From Chrysomallon squamiferum (Eukaryota > Animalia > Mollusca): a stretch of DNA of 64,000 bases. The position numbers and the translations under genes were made by a program. The stretch covers positions 10,540,001 through 10,604,000 of the forward strand of contig CM022666.1 in assembly GCA_012295275.1 (NCBI GenBank), read 5' to 3'. Position 1 is the first letter of the stretch. Every line of letters starts with the position of its first letter. The notes below the pieces were generated by a model. The model made no database searches. It was not told the origin of the DNA and worked only from the letters and a program-made list of their open reading frames with translations. Below are positions 46,107 through 61,082 of the stretch, in pieces.

Positions 46107-48229
46107 GGTTGTGTAATTATTAGTTGTAACAACTGTCAGAAACACGACTGGAACGTGCCTGTGAGAGCTGGAGAGTAGATTAGTGTATTAGTAATTATAA
46201 GTGTAATAGAAATATGGATTAAAAATGTTGATTAACATTAAGGATAAGATTTACTGAAAGTGTGTTGATTTACAGAGTACAAATGTATTAATAAAGAATA
46301 CCTATCTTTAATTTCTTAGAAATGTACGTTTAATTTATTCTGTATGGCTTTTTCTCTAATTGATTCTATTTCTACCTGTCTCGTGTTCACCAGCTTATCT
46401 CGCTGAGGATGAATGTCCCGGTGCTAACTGGTACTGTTCCAAGACGTCTTTGAGGTTTAGTGTTTTTAATATATATTTGTGTGTCTTTATTATCTGTTGC
46501 TGTATTTATTTATCTTTCTAGCTTTAAATCCGTTTCTAAAAATATATGTGCAGTTGAACCTCTGTTAAATGCCGACACTGATGCTCAACTGATTTGGTTA
46601 TAACGAGCTGGGAGTTTTCTGATCGCACATACGCCAAACCTCAGTACTGGTCCGAAAAATACCCCACTGATTGGCCCGTTGTTTTACAGAAAAAAACAAT
46701 TAATCCAAGTTTTACATCATTGATTGGGTTCATTCAGTAAACTTGAATGAATGAAGGTGGGGGGAGGGGATAGTTGGTCGTTGAACAAGTTGTAGCGCTT
46801 GTAGTCGACTCTTTTTCTGCAAGAACTGCACGACAGATACTTGTTTTGAGGTCATCAATATCAGGAAATCATTGCGAGATTGTACTGCAATACTGTTATT
46901 ATTTAGTTACTAAAGCAGACGCAGGGTTTGATACAAATCAAATTCTATATTATTATTATTATTATTAAATAAAATAAATAAATAAATAAATTTAAGATAT
47001 AGAAGTAAATCTGGTTTGCTTCATTATATATACTGAGTAGATGATTCTAGGCATCAGTCGATAGCAAAATATCGAAGAATGTTATAAAGATGTTTGTACG
47101 TGTCGTCATCGTTTTCTTTTTATCTATCGCTATTATTTCTGTCTTCTGTCTACATGAATTTATTTGTATCTGTGTATCTGAGTGTGTTTCTTCCTCTTCC
47201 AAATCTGGATGAGATCTATATTTCTGGTATGAGAACAATTCTATGCTACTATCTGCAAAACAAACTTCCTCCAACTGATCACAGCTGGTTATTCATTATT
47301 CATTTAATAAAATTTATCTAAACATTATGTAAAGGTTTTTCTAGTGTCGTCGCTGAAATAGAACACAGGTAGACATTTAGCATTAAACTAATTCTTTACC
47401 GTTCAGTTTATCATAAAAGTTCACTATTAATGCATTTACATGTTGAACATTTAGAAAATTGGCAACTGATTTTCTCAATAACGTCTACTCAAGTGTAGCT
47501 TCAAATGACTTTATACTGAACACCTATCCGGAATCGCTCAAAGTTATTACATTTAAAAAAGATAATTCAAGGAGTATGGTTCAGTGTATTTGAATGACAA
47601 TGGAATGGATAATTTTGGAATTACAGAAATTTAAAACAAACAATGATGTATGACTCTCTTATTTATTATTAGATACATTACAGCAATAGCGTTTTTAAAA
47701 TACGCAAATGTTTAATGATATCTAGACACAGAATTATAATTAAGAATGACAAAGTATTAAAATAATAACAATAACAATAAGAAGACAAATATTGCATATG
47801 AAACAATTGGATCTTTAAGATACAGCAGCAGTTCTTTTCAGCGTAAGAAAATGTATTGTTCAGAAATGATGTTAGTGTATGATGTAAGTTAACTGTCAAA
47901 AAAAAAAATGCCCCTGTTCTTATTCAAAAGTACGTTTAAAAAGCTAACTGAAAACTGAAACTAACACTGTTCAGCGTAAAGAAGAATTAAGTACCTTTGG
48001 TTAAGAAATATAGCTTAACAGTTGAGGGCATGTATATTTGAAAGTTAACATGCAATTCTTTTCTAGATGATGAAAGCTTTGATAAACAGTTTCCAGGATA
48101 TAGAATTACAAAAAAATCAATATACATATATCAAAAAATTACAAAATAAAAAAAAAAAAAAAATCAATAAAAATTAATAAATTAATAAATACTGCATCCA
48201 GATTAAACTATTTTAAAATTTTTTTTATG

Positions 48230-51200
48230 TAAATGCATTTTGGGTACTGCGTAGGTATTCAGAGTCCAAAACAATCACTTTTGAACATTTGTATTCGATA
48301 CATTTGCAATTTCAACACAAAAATAAACAGATTATGAACACTATTACTGTTACAAGTAGTATCACAATTGCAGTAAGAAGAAAAAATAATTCAGACCTGT
48401 ACTAGACATTTAAATTAACAGAAATGATACAAAACATACCAGCTGTATGTTCATATTAATAAACAAGCCTGCCAGCTGTAGGTTCATATTTCAATATTAC
48501 TATCAGGTAGAAAATGTTGTAAAGGCTACTGCCTTACTATGATCATTAACTGATTGTCCCGAATATGCAAGGTAGGAGCTTCATGTGAACACCAACAGTG
48601 AACAACTGCTGACCACTCACCAGGAACTTGACATTTCTCTACAGTTTGAATGGCACAACTGGAATCAAGCCGACCTTGGTCTATTGTTAAGAAGTATGAC
48701 ACATTGAATTCATGCCATTCATGCCTGTCTTGCAGAGGGGAATTTTCACTTCATACTAAATTTTATATAGCATTAAGACTTTCCTTTTGATTATTCGTTC
48801 TTATGGGATGTGTAGTATTTTTTTTTTTTTTTTTTTTAAAGTTTTTTTGATTTCACAAGATATCCACATGCTGAAGTTTCTGCAAAAATTGCATCCTTAG
48901 GTTTGTTTAACAGTTCAATTTTTGTTAAATGTTTCAACCAGAAGAAAGTGACAATATTGAATAAAATGCTTTCGTTTGTGTTCCTTCCAACATCCTGAAA
49001 CAAATGTCATCCAGAAGAAATTAAACCCTCCTTTAAACACTAAGGATGAGGCAGTAATTACATTGGTGCTGATGTAAATATTTTAAACAGTAAGGTAAAC
49101 CACTCCTTTCACAAGATTAATAATATAACCAAAGAGAGGTGGAGAAAAAATAATATAGAAAAATAAATGATATTATTATTATTAATAATACATACATACA
49201 TATATATATATATAAAAATAATAATTCACTTCTGGATACTTGTACATCATTTAGTATTAGTGTTGATGTAAATATTGTAAAGTGGGATGAAATCCCTTCA
49301 TTTCAACTGCAGAAAAAATAAATATACAATTGGTTTAAATCTTTTAAACTAATTTGTTTTGATTAATGTTAGTATTCTTTTGTCACTATTATATTTGCAA
49401 TTTCAATACAAAAAAAAACCCCTCAGATTATTAACACTGGTACTGTTACAAGTAATATCAAAACTGCAGTAAAATAATAATTAAATTAAATATTAAAAAT
49501 ATAATAATAATAATTTCAAATCTGTATTAGTCATTTAAATTAACACAAACGGTACAAAACATATGAGCTGCATGTTCATATTAATAAGACTAGCAGCTGT
49601 AGGTTCATATTTCAATATTACTATCACACAGAAAACTATTGTACAGCCTACTGTCTTACTATGATTTGTGATTGTCTGGAATATGCTTGGTAGAAGCTTT
49701 ATGTCAACATCAACACCTAAATCATGTTCATGTGGTATATAGCACTAAAACACTAAAACTTTGTTTGATGATGCATTCTTATGGGATGTCCTACTTTTTT
49801 TAAACAGTATTTTTATTTCACAAGATATCCACATGCCAAGAACATGAATTCATCCATAGATTTGTTTTATGTTTCAACTGTACTGTAATTCAGAAACCAG
49901 ACAGTTTGGAACTAGTACATGGATGTCTAATTACATCGGTGTTGATGTAAATATTAAAACAGTAGTGTAAAACATCTCTCATCTGATTTTTTATTATTTT
50001 TTTATTAACACGCTCAGTATTATAATGTTGGATGGAATATTAAAAATTAAAATTCCTTTGCTGATTAAGTTAAAAATTTTGGATACTGTGTAAATAAAGA
50101 TCAATTCGCATTTGAATATTTGTACATCATTCAGTATTAGGATTGATGCAAATATTTTAAATGAGATGAAATCCCTTTGTTTACGTGCAGAAAAAAAAAA
50201 AAATCTTTTACATGCAGGTGACGGTATTCCAATAAGTTAACAAAATGAAAATTTAAAGAATGTGCCTATTAAATTAAATATTAATATATTATAAATAATG
50301 TAAGTCCATTTTGGGTTCTAAAACAATCACTTCTGACTACTTGTACTTATGAGGTAAATCCAGTAGGCAACAAGATAAAAAACAATCCATTTACTTGCAG
50401 AACTATTTTTTACATGCTATAATGAAACAACTGAAACAAATCATTTGTTTAAACTTTCAACTGTGTTTTGATCAGTATTTGTTATTAGTTATATATGTGA
50501 TGTCAACAAAAAATAAACAGGTTATAAACACTGGTACTATTACAAGTGATTACATAATTGCAGTAAAAAAACCAAAAACATACCAGCTGTATGTTTGTAT
50601 TAATAAACAAGCCTATCAGCAGTAGGTTCATATTTCAACATTGCTATCACATAGAAAACAATGTTGTATGGCCTGCTGCCTTACAATGATCTCCGATTGA
50701 TTCTCTCGAATATGCTTGGTAAAATCTTTATGTCAACGCCAACAGCTGCTTACCCTTGCCAGGAACTTGGCATTGCTGTGCAGCTTAAGTGGAACAACCT
50801 GATTCTAGGCCACCTTCCAGAAGAAACCAAACCCTCCTTTAAACATTGAGGATGAGGTAGTAATTACATCGGTGCTGCTGTAAATATTTTAAACAGTAAG
50901 GTAAAAACCACACCTTTCACTTTTCACAAGCTCAATAAAGTGACCAAAGGGGAAAAGAAAGGAAAAGAAAGAAACCAAAGAATAGGTACAAATATTTTTT
51001 GCGGTCCTTGAAATACCTTCATTTCACCTGCAGAAAAGAAATAAGTTGTTTAAAACATTCAACTAATTTGTTTTGATTGATATTTGATTAGTATCGTTTT
51101 GCAATACAAAAATAATCAGGTTATAAACACTGGTACTGTTACAAGTGATATCACAACTGCAGTAGTAAAAAAAAAAAAATGAAATATAAAAAAATAAAAA

Positions 51201-54200
51201 CAGACTGTAATAGACATTTAAATAAACAAATGGTACAAAACATACCAGCTGTATGTTCTTATCAATAAACAAGCCTACTAGCTGTAGGTTCATATTTCAA
51301 CATTACTATCACATAGAAAACAGTGTTGTACAGCATGCTGCCTTACAATGATATCTGATTCTCTTTAATATGCTTGGCAAAATCTTTATGTCAATGCTAA
51401 CAATTGCAGACCACTTGCCAGGAACTTGGCATTGCTGTGCAGCTTAAGTGGAACAACCTGATTCTAGGCCACCTTCCAGAAGAAACCAAACCCTCCTTTA
51501 AACATTGAGGATGAGGTAGTAATTACATCGGTGCTGCTGTAAATATTTTAAACAGTAAGGTAAAAACCACACCTTTCACTTTTCACAAGCTCAATAAAGT
51601 GACCAAAGGGGAAAAGAAAGGAAAAGAAAGAAACCAAAGAATAGGTACAAATATTTTTTGCGGTCCTTGAAATACCTTCATTTCACCTGCAGAAAAGAAA
51701 TAAGTTGTTTAAAACATTCAACTAATTTGTTTTGATTGATATTTGATTAGTATCGTTTTGCAATACAAAAATAATCAGGTTATAAACACTGGTACTGTTA
51801 CAAGTGATATCACAACTGCAGTAAAAAAAAAAAAAAAAAAAATGAAATATAAAAAAATAAAAACAGACTGTAATAGACATTTAAATAAACAAATGGTACA
51901 AAACATACCAGCTGTATGTTCTTATCAATAAACAAGCCTACTAGCTGTAGGTTCATATTTCAACATTACTATCACATAGAAAACAGTGTTGTACAGCATG
52001 CTGCCTTACAATGATATCTGATTCTCTTTAATATGCTTGGCAAAATCTTTATGTCAATGCTAACAATTGCAGACCACTTGCCAGGAACTTGGCATTGCTG
52101 TGCAGCTTAAGTGGAACAACCTGATTCTAGGCCACCTTCCAGAAGAAACCAAACCCTCCTTTAAACATTGAGGATGAGGTAGTAATTACATCGGTGCTGC
52201 TGTAAATATTTTAAACAGTAAGGTAAAAACCACACCTTTCACTTTTCACAAGCTCAATAAAGTGACCAAAGGGGAAAAGAAAGGAAAAGAAAGAAACCAA
52301 AGAATAGGTACAAATATTTTTTGCGGTCCTTGAAATACCTTCATTTCACCTGCAGAAAAGAAATAAGTTGTTTAAAACATTCAACTAATTTGTTTTGATT
52401 GATATTTGATTAGTATCGTTTTGCAATACAAAAATAATCAGGTTATAAACACTGGTACTGTTACAAGTGATATCACAACTGCAGTAAAAAAAAAAAAAAA
52501 AAAAAAATATAAAAAAAAAAAAAACAGACTGTAATAGACATTTAAATAAACAAATGGTACAAAACATACCAGCTGTATGTTCTTATCAATAAACAAGCCT
52601 ACTAGCTGTAGGTTCATATTTCAACATTACTATCACATAGAAAACAGTGTTGTACAGCATGCTGCCTTACAATGATATCTGATTCTCTTTAATATGCTTG
52701 GCAAAATCTTTATGTCAATGCTAACAATTGCAGACCACTTGCCAGGAACTTGGCATTGCTGTGCAGCTTAAGTGGAACAACCTGATTCTAGGCCACCTTC
52801 CAGAAGAAACTAAACCCTCCTTTAAACATTGAGGATGAGGTAGTAATTACATCAGTGCTGCTGTAAATATTTTAAACAGTAAGGTAAAACCACACCTTTC
52901 ACTTTTCACAAGCTCAATAAAGTGACCAAAGGGGAAAAGAAAGGAAAAGAAAGAAACCAAAGAATAGGTACAAATATATTTTGCGGTCCTTGAAATACCT
53001 TCATTTCACCTGCAGAAAAGAAATAAGTTGTTTAAAACATTCAACTAATTTGTTTTGATTGATATTTGATTAGTATCGTTTTGCAATACAAAAATAATCA
53101 GGTTATAAACACTGGTACTGTTACAAGTGATATCACAACTGCAGTAAAAAAAAAAAAAAAAAAAAAAAAAAATGAAATAAAAAATAAATAAAAACAGACT
53201 GTAATAGACATTTAAATAAACAAATGGTACAAAACATACCAGCTGTATGTTCTTATCAATAAACAAGCCTACTAGCTGTAGGTTCATATTTCAACATTAC
53301 TATCACATAGAAAACAGTGTTGTACAGCATGCTGCCTTACAATGGTATCTGATTCTCTTTAATATGCTTGGCAAAATCTTTATGTCAATGCTAACAATTG
53401 CAGACCACTTGCCAGGAACTTGGCATTGCTGTGCAGCTTAAGTGGAACAACCTGATTCTAGGCCACCTTCCAGAAGAAACTAAACCCTCCTTTAAACATT
53501 GAGGATGAGGTAGTAATTACATCAGTGCTGCTGTAAATATTTTAAACAGTAAGGTAAAACCACACCTTTCACTTTTCACAAGCTCAATAAAGTGACCAAA
53601 GGGGAAAAGAAAGGAAAAGAAAGGAAAAGAAAGAAACCAAAGAATAGGTACAAATATATTTTGCGGTCCTTGAAATACCTTCATTTCACCTGCAGAAAAG
53701 AAATAAGTTGTTTAAAACATTCAACTAATTTGTTTTGATTGATATTTGATTAGTATCGTTTTGCAATACAAAAATAATCAGGTTATAAACACTGGTACTG
53801 TTACAAGTGATATCACAACTGCAGTAAAAAAAAAAAAAAAAAAAAAAAATGAAATAAAAAATAAATAAAAACAGACTGTAATAGACATTTAAATAAACAA
53901 ATGGTACAAAACATACCAGCTGTATGTTCTTATTAATAAACAAGCCTACTAGCTGTAGGTTCATATTTCAACATTACTTTCACATAGAAAACAGTGTTGT
54001 ACAGCATGCTGCCTTACAATGATATCTGATTCTCTTTAATATGCTTGGCAAAATCTTTATGTCAATGCTAACAATTGCAGACCACTTGCCAGGAACTTGG
54101 CATTGCTGTGCAGCTTAAGTGGAACAACCTGAATCAAGGCCACCTTCCAGAAGAAACCAAACCCTCCTTTAAACATTGAGGATGATGTAGTAATTACATC

Positions 54201-57200
54201 GGTGCTGCTGTAAATATTTTAAACAGTACGGTAAAACCACACCTTTCACTTTTCACAAGCTCAATAAGGTAACCAAAGGATAAAAGAAAGAAAAAAAAAG
54301 AAAAAGATACATAATAATTTTTTTTTTTTTTTTACTGTTGTACATTATTTAGTATCAGTGTTGATGTAAAAACTAAGCAGCGAGATGAAATCCCTTCTTT
54401 CAGCTGCAGAAAAAAGTATCTCTTTTACATGCAGGTTCTAATAAAGTAACAAAATGAAAATTTTCAAAAAATCTGTATTTAATGAAATATTAAGATATGC
54501 ATTATCAATAATCTAAATGCATTTTGGATACTGTATAATGATTAAGTTATTCAATGTCTAAAACAATCACTTTTGACTACTTGTACTTGTGTAAATCCAG
54601 TAGGCAACGAGATAATAGCCATGTTTTTACTTGCAGAACCTTTTTTTTTTATTTGCTGTTAATGTAACAAATGAAACAAATAATTTGTTTAAAACTTTCA
54701 ACTAATGCATTTTGAATAATATTTAATTAGTATAGTTTTGGGACTATTATATTTGCAATTTCAACACAAAAATAATGGTAGTTACAAGTAGTATCAAAAC
54801 TGCAGTCAAAAAAAAAAAAAAAAAAAGTAATAATAATTAAAAAAAAGATATTTTATATATATATAAAGTAAAACAACTCCTTTCACATGATTTTTTTTTT
54901 TTTTTTACAAGCTCAGTATTATAACATTAGATGGAATAATTAAAAATTAGAATTCCTTTGCTGATTAAGTTAAATATTTTGGGTACTGTGTAAATAAAGA
55001 TCAATTGACATTTGAATTCTTGTACATTGTTCAGTATTAGGATTGATGTAAATATTTTAAATGAGATGAAATCCCTTTGTTAACATGCAGAAAAAACATT
55101 TCTTTTACATGCAGATGACAGTATTCCAATAAGTTAACAAAATGAAAATTTTAAAAATATTAAATGAAATATTAATAAATTATAAATAATATAAGTCCAT
55201 TTTGGGTTCTGTATGATGATTAACAATTATTCAGTCTAAACCAATCACTTCTGACTACTTGTACTTATGGTAAATCCAGTAGGCAACAAAATAAAAGCAA
55301 TCCATTTACTTGCAGAGCTATTTTTTAAATGCTGTAACAAAACAACTCATATAGAAATAATTTGTTTAAACTTTCAACCAATGTGTTTTGATTAATATTT
55401 GTTATAAGTTTTGTGATTATTATATATGCAATATCAACAAAAAATAAACAGGTTATAACCACTGGTACCATTAAAAAAAAAAAAAAAATAATAATAATAA
55501 ATAAAACATTCAAACATATATTAGACATATTAGACATTTAAAAGAACAATTGGTACAAAATGTACCAGCTGTATGTTCTTATTAATAAACAAGCCTACTA
55601 GCTGTAGGTTCATATTTCAAAATTACTATCACATAGGAAACAATGTTGTATAGCATGCTGATATCTGATGCTCTTGAATATGCTTGGTAAAATCTTTATG
55701 TCAATGATAACAACTGCAGACCACTTGCCAGGAACTTGGCATTGCTCTGCAGCTTAAGTGGAACAACCTGAATCAAGGCCACCTTCCAGAAGAAACCAAA
55801 CCCTCCTTTAAACATTGAGGATGAGGTAGTAATTACATCGGTGCTGCTGTAAATATTTTAAACAGTACGGTAAAACCACACCTTTCACTTTTTACAAGCT
55901 CAATAAAGTGACCAAAGGGGAAAAGAAAGAAACAAAAGAAAAGGTACAAATATTTTTGGGGTCCTTGTACATTTAGTATTTATTAGTGTTGATGTAAATA
56001 TTGTAAACTGAGATGAAATCCTTCACTTCACCTGCAGAAAAGAAATAAGTTGTTTAAAACTTTCAACTAATTTATTTAGATTAATATTTCATTAAGATTT
56101 GATAAATATTGTATAGCATGCTGCCTTACAATGATATCTGATGCTCTTGAGTATGCTTGGTAAAATCTTTATGTCAATGATAACAACTGCAGACCACTTG
56201 CCAGGAACTTGGCATTGCTCTGCAGCTTAAGTGGAACAACCTGAATCAAGGCCACCTTCCAGAAGAAACCAAACCCTCCTTTAAACATTGAGGATGAGGT
56301 AGTAATTACATCGGTGCTGCTGTAAATATTTTAAACAGTACGGTAAAACCACACCTTTCACTTTTTACAAGCTCAATAAAGTGACCAAAGGGGAAAAGAA
56401 AGAAACAAAAGAAAAGGTACAAATATTTTTGGGGGTCCTTGTACATTTAGTATTTATTAGTGTTGATGTAAATATTGTAAACTGAGATGAAATCCCTTCA
56501 CTTCACCTGCAGAAAAGAAATAAGTTGTTTAAAACTTTCAACTAATTTATTTAGATTAATATTTCATTAAGATTTGATAAATATTGTATAGCATGCTGCC
56601 TTACAATGATATCTGATGCTCTTGAGTATGCTTGGTAAAATCTTTATGTCAATGATAACAACTGCAGACCACTTGCCAGGAACTTGGCATTGCTCTGCAG
56701 CTTAAGTGGAACAACCTGAATCAAGGCCACCTTCCAGAAGAAACCAAACCCTCCTTTAAACATTGAGGATGAGGTAGTAATTACATCGGTGCTGCTGTAA
56801 ATATTTTAAACAGTAAGGTAAAACCACACCTTTCACTTTTCACAAGCTCAATAAAGTGACCAAAGAGGAAAAGAAAGAAAAAGAAAGAAACAAAATAAAG
56901 GTACAAATATTTGTTTGGGTCCTTGTACATTTAGTGTTGATGTAAATATTGTAAACTGAGATGAAATCCCTTCATTTCACCTGCAGAAAAGAAATAAGTT
57001 GTTTAAAACTTTCAACTAATTTGTTTAGATTAATATTTGATTAGTATAGTTTTGTGACTATTATATATGAAACTTCAAAAAAAAAAAAAAAACGTTATAA
57101 ACACTGGTAGTTACAAGTATATCACATTTGCAGTAAGAGAGAGAGAGAGAAAAAAAAAAAAAAAAAAAAAAGCCCAGACTTGTATTAGACATTTAAATGA

Positions 57201-59015
57201 AACAATTGGTACAAAACATGAGCAGTATGTTTATTAAATAAGCCTACCAGCTGTAGGTTCATATTTCAACATTACTATCATGAAATATTAATAATGTTGC
57301 AAAGCCTGTTGCTATACTATGATCTCTGACTGATGGTCTGGCATAAGCTTGGTAGTCAACAACTGCTGACAACCTGCCAAAAACTTGAATGTGCTCTGCA
57401 GTTTGCATGGAACAACCTGAATCAAACCCAGCTTGTATGCCGCATTGAATTCATGTCTGTCTTACAAACAGGGGGGCATTTTCACTTCATGATAAATTTG
57501 ATGTCTGACAGCATACATATTTTTGCCTTTCCTGGTCCCCTGAAGTCTACGCAACATTGAAATGACATCTTATCACGCTCATGTGATTTACAGCATTAAA
57601 ACATTCCTTTTGATGACATATTTTTGGGGATGTTTCTTAACATTTCTTTAACAGAATTTCTAGTCTACTAGATACCCACATGCTGTATTTCTTTCATGAA
57701 TATGAATGTGTCCATAGACTTGTTTTATGTTTCAATATTACCAGAAGAAAATGGAAGAAATTGGAGAAAAAAGTGTTCTGGGTTTCTTCCGATATCCTGG
57801 AAGAAATTGGTTTCTTCCAAAAGAAACCACTTTTAAATAAGTACTACAAGGACATGGTACTAATTACTTCGGTGCTGATGTAAATATTTTAAACAGTAGA
57901 TTAAAACAACTCCTTTCCCTCTTATTTTCTTTTCCCCACAACCTCAATATTGTGATTTTTTTTGGTGGGGGGGGAGGAATAATTTAAAATTAAAATTCCA
58001 TTGCTTATTAAGTTAAATATTTTGGGAACTGTGTAAATATTTTAAACAAGATGAAATCCCTTTGTTCACGTGCAGAAAAAAACAGTTCTTTTACATGCAG
58101 GCGAAAGTATTCCAATATGGTAACAAAATGAAAATTTAAAAAATGTGTCTATTAAATTAAATATTAATAAATTATAAATAATGAAAGTCCATTTTGGGTT
58201 CTGTATAATGATTAACAATTGTTCAGTCTAAAACAATCACTTCTGACTACTTGTACATATGAGGTAAAACCAGCAGGCAACAAGATAATAATCCATTTAC
58301 TTTGCAGAACTACTTTTTTAAACGTTCAGCTAAGGTGTTTTAATATTTGTTATTAGTTTTGTGACTATTATATATACAATATCAACACAAAAAATAAACA
58401 GGTTATAAACACTGGGACTGTTACAAGCAATTACATAACTGCAGTAATAAACATGTAATAAATATGAAAATAAAAATAAAAGTTCAGACATGTATTAGAC
58501 ATTTAAATAAACAATTGGTGCACAACATACCAGCTGTATGTTTGTATTAATAAACAAGCCTATCAGCAGTAGGTTCATATTTCAACATTGCTATCACATA
58601 GAAAACAATGTTGTATGGCCTGCTGCCTTACAATGATCTCTGATTGATTCTCTCGAATATGCTTGCTAAAATCTTTATGTCAATGCCAACAGCTGCTTAC
58701 CCTTGCCAGGAACTTGGCATTGCTCTGCAGCATAAGTGGAACAACCTGAATCAAGGCCACCTTCCAGAAGAAACCAAACCCTCCTTTAAACATTGAGGAT
58801 GATGTGGTAATTACATCGGTGCTGCTGTAAATATTTTAAACAGTACGGTAAAACCACACCTTTCACTTTTTACAAGCTCAATAAAGTGACCAAAGGGAAA
58901 AGAAAGAAAAAGAAACAAACAAAAGAAATAGATTGTTCAAAACTTTCAACTAATTTGTTTTGATTGATATTTGATTAGTATCGTACTGGTACTGTTACAA
59001 GTGATATAACAGCAC

Positions 59016-59054
<39 letters not shown>

Positions 59055-59820
59055 ATAAAAACAGAATTCAAACCTGTAACAGACATTTAAATGAACAATT
59101 GGTACAAAACATACCAGCTGTATGTTTTTATTAATAAACAAGCCTACCAGCTGTAGGTTCATATTTCAACATTACTATCACATAGAAAATATTTATAGCT
59201 TGCTGCCTTAGTGATCTCTGATTGTCTGGAATATGCTTGGTAGAAGCTTTATATCAATGCCAACAACTGCTGACCACTTGTCAGGAACTTGGCATTGTGC
59301 TGAAAGAACATAAATCAAGATGACTTTGGATTATTGGTAATAATTCATGCCTGTCTTGCAAACAGTGACACCTTAATCATGTTCAGTTTATAGAATTAAA
59401 TCTTTCCTTTTGACAATTCATTCTTGTAGGATATGCCCTACATTTTTTTTAAACAGGGTTTTTATTCCACTACATATCCATATGCATTAGATTCTTCCAT
59501 GAACATTAATTCATCCACTATTTTATATTTCAATATCTTTGATGTGTTTTTTTTCCAGAAGAAAGTGGAAGAAACTGGATAAAATGCTTTTGGCTAGTTC
59601 CTTCCAAGAAACCAAACCCTCCTTTAAACACTATGATGATGAGGTAGTAATTACATCGGTGCTGATGTAAATATTTTAAACAGTATGGTAAAACAACTCC
59701 TTTCACTTTTTACAAGTTCAATAATGTAACCAAAGGTAAAGAAGAAAAATTAAAAAAGAAATGTATATAGTAAACCACTTCTGGATATTTGTACATCATT
59801 TAGTATTAGTGTTGATGTAA
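48230..59820 (+). repeat. Complex macrosatellite (659-677-bp and 473-475-bp periods) derived from a decayed Tc1/mariner element
   Basis: The marker AGGAACTTG recurs at 48622, 50761, 51420, 52083, 52744, 53414, 54091, 55730, 56203, 56678, 58708 and 59283. Translations give FIFQ.., VVWPAA..SPIDSLEYAW, QELGIALQLKWNNLNQ and SM..GGHF, resembling the Tc1 DD34E C-terminus. Confidence 0.88.
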
Positions 59821-59849
59821 ATATTGTACATCACTTGTCAATCTCATGG

Positions 59850-61082
59850 TTCACGCACCATATGTGGCTATGTGTGAAGAGATGCTTCCAGCCTCTAGAT
59901 AGCAATGTATCCACATCAGTGTTGGCGATTTCCCCACCAAGTGGAATTGAGAAATATTTACTATTGATCCCAAATTGTTCAGGAAAAAAATTTGATGCAA
60001 ATGGCAATCAGTTTCAAAAATGATGGGAAAGTGAATGTGTTTGTGCATCAAGGAGAAAACATGTTTATCTCTGTGTTATGAGGTTGTGTTAGTCATTAAT
60101 AAGTACAATCTTTGTTGGCATTTTGACAATAAACACAGAATTATGTTCACAAATACAAGCTACAGCAGTGAAAGCCATATTTACTGTGGCTGAAGAAATT
60201 GCCTGAGCTTCAAAGTCCTTTTCAGAGAGTGCATTTTTGAAGCAGTGCATGCATGAATGTGTCAGCAAGTGTGCCCTGACCAGATACAAACTTTTGAAAA
60301 TGTCAGATTGTCAAGAAACAACCATCATGGACCGAGTTAAGGAAACAAGCATGAAATCTGCATCATGGCTGGCTGAAGAGACATGCAGTCATCTGGCATT
60401 TTCATTTGCTGTTGATGAAAGCACAGACAATATGGATACAGCACAGCTGTCTATTTTCATTAGACCTCTATTTCATGAAGGAGCTCTGGGATATAGCTGC
60501 CATGCATGGGACCACAACAGGACATCACATTTTTTTATCAGTGGAGAATTCCATAAGCAAGAACGAATTACCATGAGAAAAGTTGGTGGAACTAACTACA
60601 GATGGTGCTCCTGCAATGTGTGGAGGAATAACAGGCCTGATGGGACTAATGCAGGAGAAAATGCAAACAAGAAACTGTCACACACCTCTGGTAATGTATC
60701 ATTGTATTATCTATCAAGAAGCTCTCTGTGGAAATGTTCTGGAGCTGGATGATACATTGACCAGTTATGAAAAACAGTGAACTTCATTCATGTGCCTGGC
60801 CTGAATCACTGGCAGTTCCAGCTGTTCTTGCAAAAGGTGGACTCGGAGTATTGCAATGTGTCATACCATACAGAGAAGTATGGTAGCAGATTAGGAGCAA
60901 TGTCCTCAAATGTTTTTTTGAGCTTAGGGAAGATATTGCTCTTTTCATGCAAGGTAAAGGAAAACCCTTGTCTGAACTGTCAGACCCAAATTGGTTGTGT
61001 GACTGCTATGTTGTGTGACATAAGGAGCATCTCGCGCAACTTTGCAGGGACACAAAGTTATCTGGCCAAAAAAACTACATAG
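59850..61082 (+). pseudogene. hAT (Buster/SPIN, GTF2IRD2/EPM2AIP1-like) transposase relic with frameshifts
   Basis: Ordered motifs across frames: FSFAVDESTDNMDTAQLSIFIR (first catalytic D), [11 protein letters not shown] (second D), [11 protein letters not shown] (CxxH region, with H changed to Y) and NFIH..GLNHWQFQLFL..SEY..VSYHTE. Confidence 0.9.

Noticed and set aside
50395-57883. Repeated 60-80 aa ORFs (MNLQLVGLFIDK... etc.) as a tandem gene family
   Set aside because: Their frames depend on variable poly-A runs in the repeat units and there is no splice or codon signal. They are better explained as decayed Tc1-derived repeat.
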